Positions 56,908-64,000 of a stretch of DNA of 64,000 nt are shown one piece after another. The notes below the pieces were generated by a model that worked only from the letters and a program-made list of their open reading frames with translations, searched no databases and was not told the DNA's origin. A program made the position numbers and the translations under genes. The stretch comes from Nitrospirota bacterium (GTDB lineage: Bacteria; Nitrospirota; Thermodesulfovibrionia; Thermodesulfovibrionales; Dissulfurispiraceae), in assembly GCA_963790025.1 (NCBI GenBank), contig CAWBMP010000004.1, forward strand, positions 576,001-640,000, in the 5' to 3' direction. Every line of letters starts with the position of its first letter. Position 1 is the stretch's first letter.

Positions 56908-57022
56908 AAAAAAAGACAACTTAGCTTATAGAGTTATTTTATATGATCAGGCACTTTTTTTCATAGCCGGTTTATATCCTCACTCCGGCAAATGGGTGAA
57001 AGGCTAGAAGCTTCTCATGCCT

Positions 57023-57994
57023 TTAAGCAGCTATGCTTTTGAAATATTCGATCGTCTTCACAAGTCCCTGTTCCAAGGGAATGGCGGGTGCCCATCCAAG
57101 TCTTTCTTTTGCCGAACTTATATCAGGCTGTCTTTGCTTCGGATCATCAGACGGTAAAGGCGCAAAAACAATCCTGGATTTCGAATGTTGAGTTTTGAGT
57201 GCCGGAGTGACCAATTCGAGAACTTTTCGTGCGAGTTCAAGGATTGTGAACTCCACGGGATTCCCTAAATTCACCGGGCCGGTAAAATCGTCAGTGCTTC
57301 CCATGAGCTTTATGAAAGCGTCTATCATATCATCCACGTAACAGAAGCTCCTTGTCTGGCTTCCATCACCATAGATAGTGATGTCCTCTCCTCTTAAAGC
57401 TTGCATGATAAAATTGCTCACCACCCGGCCGTCGTTGGGATGCATTCTAGGGCCGTACGTGTTGAAGATCCTCGCAACTTTTATCTTTAATCTATGCTGG
57501 CGATAATAGTCAAAAAAGAGCGTTTCGGCACATCTTTTCCCTTCGTCATAGCACGATCTTAAGCCAATGGGATTTACATGCCCCCAATAATCCTCAGTCT
57601 GCGGATGGACAGTCGGGTCTCCGTACACTTCGCTTGTCGATGCCTGGAGTATCTTCGCCTTCACACGCTTGGCGAGCCCAAGCATATTAATAGCGCCATG
57701 AACACTGACCTTCGTTGTCTGAACAGGGTCAAATTGATAATGGATAGGCGATGCCGGACAGGCAAGGTTATAGATCTCATCTACCTCTACATAAAGAGGG
57801 AAAGTAATATCATGCCGTATGATCTCGAACAGCGGGCTGCTCAGGAGATGGGCGACATTTGCCCTCCGTCCAGTAAAAAAGTTGTCTGCACAAATCACCT
57901 CATGCCCCTCGCCCAGGAGTTTTTCGCAGAGGTGAGAGCCGAGAAAACCTGCACCCCCTGTAACGAGAATCCTCTTACCCGACAGGTTTTTCAT
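57023..57994 (-). CDS. UDP-glucuronate decarboxylase (UDP-xylose synthase) SDR
   Basis: [62 protein letters not shown]. Start placed at MKNLSGK (57994). Confidence 0.93.
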   Translation of the reverse strand: MKNLSGKRILVTGGAGFLGSHLCEKLLGEGHEVICADNFFTGRRANVAHLLSSPLFEIIRHDITFPLYVEVDEIYNLACPASPIHYQFDPVQTTKVSVHGAINMLGLAKRVKAKILQASTSEVYGDPTVHPQTEDYWGHVNPIGLRSCYDEGKRCAETLFFDYYRQHRLKIKVARIFNTYGPRMHPNDGRVVSNFIMQALRGEDITIYGDGSQTRSFCYVDDMIDAFIKLMGSTDDFTGPVNLGNPVEFTILELARKVLELVTPALKTQHSKSRIVFAPLPSDDPKQRQPDISSAKERLGWAPAIPLEQGLVKTIEYFKSIAA

Positions 57995-58910
57995 TCTTGT
58001 CCTCCGCAATACGCCGCCTTATTTGTGTTTTCAAATACTCCAAAAACATTTTGTACTGGTGAGGGAGCGTCCTTTTCCGGTGGGTCACAATATAAAAGGT
58101 CCTCTTCATGGGAAGCCCTTTGATCTCAATTTCTTTCAGTATCTTGCACTTGACTTCATCGAGGACCGCCCGACGTGAGAGTATCGATATCCCCATACCC
58201 TTCTTGACTGCCTGTTTTACGGCATCGGTCGATCCCAATATCGCTGATACTTTCAGCATGTCGGTGCTTATTCCTCTTCCCTCGAGTATCTTTTCGATCT
58301 CCTTCCTTGTTCCTGACCCTTCCTCCCTCATTACAATCGGCAAACTGATAAGGTCTTTAACGGTAATACCGCGAGTATTCATGAAAGAAGGCGCAGCTAT
58401 TACTATGAGGTCATCGTCCATTAAAGGCACATATTGGACCTGGCCGGAACCGATCTTCGCCCCTACAACACCAATAAGCAGATCATTTTGCTCTATTCTT
58501 CTGATGATGTCCCTGGAGTCAGAGACCGGTATCTCGAACAAAACAGCCGGATGATTTTTTAGGAACGACGCTACAATTTCAGGAAGAATATAGGTCCCGG
58601 GGATAGTGCTTGCCCCAATTACTATATGCCCGGTCATTTCCTTGTTGAATTGATAAAGCAGATCTGTGATGTTATCCATCTTTTCTATGATTTCAATTGC
58701 CTGATTGTTGAGCGTCTCCGCTTCCTTCGTAGGAACGATCTTCCTCGCAAGCCTGTCGAAAAGCCTGCATTTAAGTTCTGTCTCCAATGCCATCATATGG
58801 TCGCTTATAGTCGGCTGAGTCAAATGAAGTTCTTCTGCAGCTCTGGAAAAACTTCTATTTTTGAATACCGACACAAATACCCTGAGGTGGTGAATATCCA
58901 TGCCTGTCAT
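57975..58910 (-). CDS. LysR-family regulator (CysL-like; resembles the selenium-metabolism-associated type)
   Basis: [51 protein letters not shown]. Confidence 0.88.
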   Translation of the reverse strand: MTGMDIHHLRVFVSVFKNRSFSRAAEELHLTQPTISDHMMALETELKCRLFDRLARKIVPTKEAETLNNQAIEIIEKMDNITDLLYQFNKEMTGHIVIGASTIPGTYILPEIVASFLKNHPAVLFEIPVSDSRDIIRRIEQNDLLIGVVGAKIGSGQVQYVPLMDDDLIVIAAPSFMNTRGITVKDLISLPIVMREEGSGTRKEIEKILEGRGISTDMLKVSAILGSTDAVKQAVKKGMGISILSRRAVLDEVKCKILKEIEIKGLPMKRTFYIVTHRKRTLPHQYKMFLEYLKTQIRRRIAEDKNEKPVG

Positions 58911-59174
58911 TGTAGCATAATCTTTCTGCCGTATTCCTTTCCCCCAACATATTCCTTTATGAAATTCATGCCACGATATATATTCGGCCTGAGCAAAGGG
59001 TTATGGCCTTTTTTCTCAGGCAGCCGTGCTGCGTGCGTGGCCCTCCTGCTATGGCATAATGCAATTAAGCGGGAGGTGTATTATGGAAGAATATCACCGG
59101 AAATAACCGCTGGAATATGCTTTCAAGACTTCCATTAAAAATATGATAATTGTGAGTATCCAGAGAGAAGACCG

Positions 59175-59191
59175 GAAGGCGACCTGCCTTC
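59175..59191 (-). promoter_or_regulatory. Putative bacterial SECIS hairpin
   Basis: GAAGGC-AGGUC-GCCUUC begins 17 nt after the in-frame UGA. The GCAGGUC core matches the E. coli fdhF SECIS apex. Confidence 0.7.
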
Positions 59192-60140
59192 ATGTTACCT
59201 TGCCCATTCAGGTGGACCCCTGCCCTGCCGTGCACCCGTAGCAATGGTCTCCAACCGTTATTTCCCTTGTCCCAAGGCCCAAATAATCAAAGGCTTCAAT
59301 GCGGGTTGATTTGTCATTCACAGGAAGACCGAGACACTGGTTGAAGTCGCAGTCGTAGAGGGTCCCATCCCAGCCGACACTTATCAGATGTCTGCACATC
59401 AGGCCTTCAAGGGTCAAGGGGTTAAAGGCGCCTTCCAGCGTGTCCATATATTTTTCGAGATTTTTGCCCCGGACCAAATGGTCCCTGAACCGGCCGATCG
59501 GCATGTTTGTCAATGCGTAGAGTCCACTGAAGGTTATGCCGAACCTTTTGTGCAATTCCCTTTTATAATCGTCCTCTAATGTCCCTTGAGACGGGGCCAT
59601 AAAAATCCCCGGCGGATTATACACAAGATTGAGTTTTTTATCCGATGGACCTTCGGCGTAGCCGAGGCTGTTCAATTTCCTTAGGGCCCTTATGCTCTTG
59701 TCGAAGGCACCTTTACCCCTCACCCGGTCAACTTCGCTTTCCGTGTAGTATGGAAGAGAAGCGACGATCTCAACAGCGTTCTCCGAATAAAATTCAGCCA
59801 GGCCTTCCATCCCTTCTTCAAAAAAGATTGTCAGGTTAGTGCGAACAATGACCCGATTTCCTGAAACTCTCGCTTTCCCGACGAGATATTTGAAATGGGT
59901 GTTCAACTCAGGGGCGCCGCCTGTAATATCAAGGCAGTTAATATTGTTCTCTTTCAGGACATCGATAACAGCTTCCACTGTCTCCCGGCCCATTTCCTGG
60001 GCCTTATCAGGTCCGGCAGCAACATGACAGTGCCTGCACGACATATTGCACTTGTAGCCGAGATTTACCTGAAGGATATCGACTCCCTTTGCCCTTAGGG
60101 GTTGCTGCTGGATATTTAATATTCTGTCCTGAAACTTCAT
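59190..60140 (-). CDS. arsS: ArsS-family radical SAM protein, probably a selenoprotein (UGA at 59208-59210 read as Sec; true stop at 59190-59192)
   Basis: LQVNLGYKCNMSCRHCHV, DITGGAPELN, LMCRHLISVGWDG.LYDCDFNQ, HCYGCTAGQGST-UGA-MGKVT-UGA. Start placed at MKFQ (60140). Confidence 0.85.
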
Positions 60141-61591
60141 GCGTTCGCTCCGCATGCCCTGCCTTTTAGGTTAAAGAAAAATTTTAACGTCTTTTTTACC
60201 TTTTCTGAAAAAATCTTGCCGGAAAAAAAAGTCCCGACAACCTTCTTGTTTATCTCCCCGAGCGTCGGATAGGGATGGACCGCTCCCGCCAGCGTTGCAA
60301 GTCTTACCCCCCCATTGAGCGCTGCAACCCATTCGCTCAGCAACTCGCCGGCGTGAAGGCCCAGTATCTGTACGCCGATCGGTTTCTCTTTTTCATCGAG
60401 GAGCAGTTTGATCCTGCCGAGGCTTTCGCCCTCCGCCAGACCACGGTCATTCATTGCAAACTCCTCTGTCCAGACCCTGTAGTCTATCCCAGCCGCCTTC
60501 GCACCTGATTCGTTCATGCCGATGCTCGCCAGTTCAGGATCTGTGTAAGTACACCACGGGAGGAATGTGTAATCAGCTTTTCTGGGCAGGTGGAATATCG
60601 CGTTGCTGACGACGATGCCGCCCTCATAGCCCGCGGCATGGGTGAACTGATACTGTCCGGTGACATCTCCTGCGGCATAAATATGCGTAAGGTTTGTCCT
60701 CATGCGGTTGTCGACTTTTATGCCTTTCACGTCGAATTCGACCCCGATTCCTTCAAGCCCGATGTCACTAATGTTGGCATCCCTTCCGACGGCCACAACG
60801 AGAGTATCAGCCTTCACAGTCATGGTTTCCCCCGCTTTCTTCATGACGACTTCTTTTTCCGCTCCCAGATCCCCCACCCTGACAATTGCCGCATTGAGAT
60901 GAAACGTTACGCCTTCGGATATCATAACATCCATCACGGCATCAGCCATGTCCTTGTCTTCCCTGCTCAAGATCTGCCCGCCGCGCTGAATTACGGTCAC
61001 CTTGCTTCCCAACCTGCTGAAGGCCTGCGCCATCTCGCTTGCTATCGGCCCGCCGCCAAGAAAGATCATGGAATCCGGAAGACGGTCCAAAGAGAATATC
61101 TCTCTGTTAGTGATGTATGGGGTCGTGTCCAGGCCTTCTATCGGTGGAATAGACGGCGACGACCCGGTTGCTATGACCCATGATTTTGCAGAATAGGTCT
61201 TGTCTTTAAGCTTTATCGAATGCTCATCAGTAAACCTGGCGCTGCCGAACTCTACCTTTACGCCAAGCCCGCAGAACCTTTCTTGAGAGTCATGCTTCTG
61301 TATAGTGCCGATAACAGACTGTATCCTTGCAGCTACAGCCTTGAAATCAACAGGCTTCATATCGATGTCCGGAAGTCCGAACTTCCCGGATTCCTTAATA
61401 AGATGGAACACATGGGCTGTCTTGATGAGTGTCTTGCTCGGGACGCACCCGTAGTGAAGGCAGTCGCCGCCAAGCCTTTCTTCCTTCTCAATGAGGAGCG
61501 TCCTGGCGCCCAACTGAGCGGCGCCTGATGCGATAGTCAATCCCGCTGCTCCGCCGCCAAGTATCCCTATGTCAAAATCATAATTCGCCAT
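60137..61591 (-). CDS. Pyridine nucleotide-disulfide oxidoreductase (dihydrolipoamide dehydrogenase/MerA-like)
   Basis: GGGAAG, GGDCLHYGCVPSK, IYAAGDV, TYTDPELA, HPYPTLGE. Confidence 0.9.
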   Translation of the reverse strand: MANYDFDIGILGGGAAGLTIASGAAQLGARTLLIEKEERLGGDCLHYGCVPSKTLIKTAHVFHLIKESGKFGLPDIDMKPVDFKAVAARIQSVIGTIQKHDSQERFCGLGVKVEFGSARFTDEHSIKLKDKTYSAKSWVIATGSSPSIPPIEGLDTTPYITNREIFSLDRLPDSMIFLGGGPIASEMAQAFSRLGSKVTVIQRGGQILSREDKDMADAVMDVMISEGVTFHLNAAIVRVGDLGAEKEVVMKKAGETMTVKADTLVVAVGRDANISDIGLEGIGVEFDVKGIKVDNRMRTNLTHIYAAGDVTGQYQFTHAAGYEGGIVVSNAIFHLPRKADYTFLPWCTYTDPELASIGMNESGAKAAGIDYRVWTEEFAMNDRGLAEGESLGRIKLLLDEKEKPIGVQILGLHAGELLSEWVAALNGGVRLATLAGAVHPYPTLGEINKKVVGTFFSGKIFSEKVKKTLKFFFNLKGRACGANA

Positions 61592-61640
61592 GTTATCCTC
61601 CCTAACTTCCTATCACTCATACACTCATTTATTCTTCTGC

Positions 61641-62336
61641 TCATATACTTTTCTTTCTTGATTTGTAAAAAGACAATAACTTCTTTGTCGCAATGGGGAA
61701 TAGCCCCAGAAGTACGAAAGACAGAATGAGCCCCGGTGAAAGTATCCCCGAAAGAGAACTTATCTTTGACAGTTCCTTGCCGGCATTGACATAGACTATG
61801 GTCCCGGCCAACATGCCTGCCTGTGAGACCCAGTAGAAGGTCCTGAGCGGCATCTCGGTGAGTCCCATAACAAGATTGATGAGCCAAAAAGGAAAGACAG
61901 GGATCAGGCGCAGAGTGAACAGGTAAAATGCCCCCTCTCTTTCAATCCCCTCATTGACCGTTTTCAGTTTATCACCGAATTTGCGCTGTACCCAATCACG
62001 CAAGACAAACCGCGACACAAGGCATGCCAAAGTTGCACCTATAGTGCTTGCAAAGGAAACAACGACGGTCCCTATCAGCACCCCGAAAAGCGCTCCTCCT
62101 GCAAGGGTCATGATCGCTGCACCCGGCAGGGACAATGAAGTCACGAGGACATAGACCACCATGTATGCGGCGATGACCATGAGCCGGTGATCTGCGTAGA
62201 GGGCAGCGAACCTATCCTGAGATGCCTTGACATAAGACAGGGTAAAATAGTGTTCAAGACCGAGCAATTTAAAAATCACTGCGAACCCGACTATTACGGT
62301 TACAAGCGCTATTTTTTTTGTGACATTCTTATTCAC
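61641..62336 (-). CDS. TVP38/TMEM64 (DedA/VTT) membrane protein
   Basis: SLPGAAIMTLAGGALFG, YLFTLRLIPVFPFWLIN, SQAGMLAGT.VYVNAG. Confidence 0.92.
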   Translation of the reverse strand: MNKNVTKKIALVTVIVGFAVIFKLLGLEHYFTLSYVKASQDRFAALYADHRLMVIAAYMVVYVLVTSLSLPGAAIMTLAGGALFGVLIGTVVVSFASTIGATLACLVSRFVLRDWVQRKFGDKLKTVNEGIEREGAFYLFTLRLIPVFPFWLINLVMGLTEMPLRTFYWVSQAGMLAGTIVYVNAGKELSKISSLSGILSPGLILSFVLLGLFPIATKKLLSFYKSRKKSI

Positions 62337-62454
62337 TGCACCCTCCGCCGAGCAAACCTCTCATCTTCATCTTAACTCTCCCATAAAAAGCCATGCCGGC
62401 TGCATGCACTTGCCGACTCGTAACTGAAAAAGGCAAGGCTAATTCCAGCTATCG

Positions 62455-63999
62455 TCAAGCCCCGGCATGTGGATGAAAAACCGGTGACCGTCCGCATGCG
62501 GGACATTTGTCCATCTCCTCAAGTTTTCTAAGATACCGCTGAACGGTGATAATAAATGCCGCATGGCTCCACGTGAGTGGAGAAACAGAGACAGGTTCAC
62601 CGGTAAATGGGTTTACCTGCTCGGCCAAGACCCCTGAGGGTAACGCCCTATCGGCAACCCAGCTCAGAAAGGGGACTGATTCTCGCATTTCCTCTTTGCT
62701 CCCCGCCTTCTCTATAAGGTATTGAGCATACCAGAGCGTGCAGATCAGCCAAGGGTTTCCGGGAATCTCGACGGTAGGCGGGACCACACTCTGGTACTTG
62801 TCGTTTTCGTATCGGGCTATTCCGCCGATCCCCTCTCTGCACCAGAGTTTCTCTTTTAGCGCTTCCATAGTAGCGATAATCTTTTCATCTGATGCTGGAA
62901 ATACGCCTAACGCGAAAAGGGCGCAAAGACTGGCGTCTAGTCTGAACTCCTTCGTAAAGACGCCGAGACGATCTGAGACGGAGACGAGGAATCTCCTGCT
63001 ATCATCGTCGTAGAGATATTCATTAAGTGCATTATACATGTTATCGGCAGCCTTCATATACTTATCGGACAACTGGGTCTCACCGAAGGCTGCGGTGAAA
63101 TTGCCTGCTGCACGTAATCCGGCTATTACAGCACTGACGGTAAAGCTGTGCACCCCTGACTGCTCTTCCCACAAATCATATGACGGCAGAGGCAGGCCCG
63201 TTGTCTTGTCTACGAATTCGCACATGAAGTCAGCGGCGGCCTTGATTACCCTCCTGTAGAGGGGCTTTACGAACTCAACGTCTCTGTATAGTTGAAAGTG
63301 TTCCCAGAGGGCCCACAGCACAAGTCCGGTCTCGTCCTCCTGAATTGGCAGGTGGGGTTTCCCATCAAGTACCCATGGGTGCCAGGAACTGGCCATGGAC
63401 CCGTCAGGATTATACTTATGCAGGAAGTATCCGTTTCTCCCTATGATCTCTCTGCAGAACTCGAAAAATCCTCTGGCGGGTAGGGGAAAGCCAGCCAGGT
63501 CGAGGGCGTGCGCTACAAGAGCGCCATCGCGCGGCCACATATAAGTATAGGTGTCTCTCGAAAAACTGAGGATGTCAGAATCGCTTGCAGCTATAACCGC
63601 CCCGTTGCTGTTTATGTGCGTTCTAAGGATCAGGAGGCTTCTCACATAAAGCTGTCCTATGGAATCGGGCAGATCGCCGAATTTCATCTGCTCTCTGCGC
63701 AGCCATAACTTCCAGTAATCGGCTGTCCTTCGGATGAAGTACGCAGGCGTTCGCTGGATAACCAGGTCATTAAGCCGCTTCACCCCTTTCCAGTCTACGC
63801 ACACTGCCATCCAGTAATACGCTATAGCCTTCTTGCCGGGAGGAATCTTCGCGTGTACTGCACATACCGAATCCACGGAACCCTGAGCCACAGGATTACC
63901 CGAAAGGTTGCCGTCTTCCGCGTCGACCCACGTCCCGTCGAGCCCCTTTACATTCTTGTCACCGGCAGCGAACTGGGCAAGACCAACACCGTTTTCCGT
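62455..63999 (-). CDS. Glycoside hydrolase family 15 (glucoamylase/trehalase-like); 5' part lies outside the window
   Basis: Frame open to the window edge. YTYMWPRDGA, QEDET, YDLWEE, GGIARYEND.Y, LAEQV, SPLTWSHA. Confidence 0.9.
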   Translation of the reverse strand, partial: TENGVGLAQFAAGDKNVKGLDGTWVDAEDGNLSGNPVAQGSVDSVCAVHAKIPPGKKAIAYYWMAVCVDWKGVKRLNDLVIQRTPAYFIRRTADYWKLWLRREQMKFGDLPDSIGQLYVRSLLILRTHINSNGAVIAASDSDILSFSRDTYTYMWPRDGALVAHALDLAGFPLPARGFFEFCREIIGRNGYFLHKYNPDGSMASSWHPWVLDGKPHLPIQEDETGLVLWALWEHFQLYRDVEFVKPLYRRVIKAAADFMCEFVDKTTGLPLPSYDLWEEQSGVHSFTVSAVIAGLRAAGNFTAAFGETQLSDKYMKAADNMYNALNEYLYDDDSRRFLVSVSDRLGVFTKEFRLDASLCALFALGVFPASDEKIIATMEALKEKLWCREGIGGIARYENDKYQSVVPPTVEIPGNPWLICTLWYAQYLIEKAGSKEEMRESVPFLSWVADRALPSGVLAEQVNPFTGEPVSVSPLTWSHAAFIITVQRYLRKLEEMDKCPACGRSPVFHPHAGA

Positions 64000-64000
64000 C

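Noticed and set aside
53600..56950. Integron or IS-borne origin for the TA array
   Set aside because: No integrase or transposase, no convincing attC-type inverted cores and no terminal inverted repeats were seen.
59070..59106. Strong RBS (GGGAGGT) followed by a 7-codon plus-strand ORF MEEYHRK
   Set aside because: Too short, with no recognisable continuation; cannot be supported as a gene or pseudogene.
60137..61591. Calling the flavoprotein merA or lpdA
   Set aside because: No C-terminal vicinal Cys pair or mer genes, and no 2-oxoacid dehydrogenase context; left at family level.

Overview
Bacterial chromosomal window. A Nitrospirota (Thermodesulfovibrionia-like) or Desulfobacterota origin is inferred from gene content only. 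Left to right: (1) 3' end of htpG and a CDF metal transporter. (2) A signalling cluster (1.7-7.3 kb): a membrane kinase whose phospho-His is replaced by Asp, an orphan FliE-like gene, a P-loop ATPase fused to an RsbW-type anti-sigma kinase, a STAS partner, and an HDOD protein with a His-less HisKA-like tail. (3) A minus-strand kdp operon (small peptide, kdpFABC, standalone Fis-type HTH, porin) with a sigma54-type -24/-12 site and no kdpDE. (4) A plus-strand trio (SurA/PpiC-like, HAMP membrane protein, HExxH protein). (5) A ~40 kb co-oriented minus-strand Wzx/Wzy exopolysaccharide/capsule locus. It starts at a sigma70-like promoter with a clear JUMPStart/ops element (56833-56857). It then runs through a toxin-antitoxin array containing gene remnants, a tailspike-like beta-helix protein, an AsnB-GT9 fusion, a frameshifted GT4, tailoring enzymes, wecB, wecA, a Pro-rich secreted protein, export genes and an O-antigen-ligase/TPR protein. 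(6) UDP-GlcA decarboxylase, LysR, an ArsS-type radical SAM that is probably a selenoprotein (in-frame UGA plus SECIS-like hairpin), a flavin disulfide reductase, a TVP38/DedA protein and a partial GH15. No rRNA, tRNA, CRISPR array or transposase was recognised. All calls come from motif reading by eye; no searches were run.
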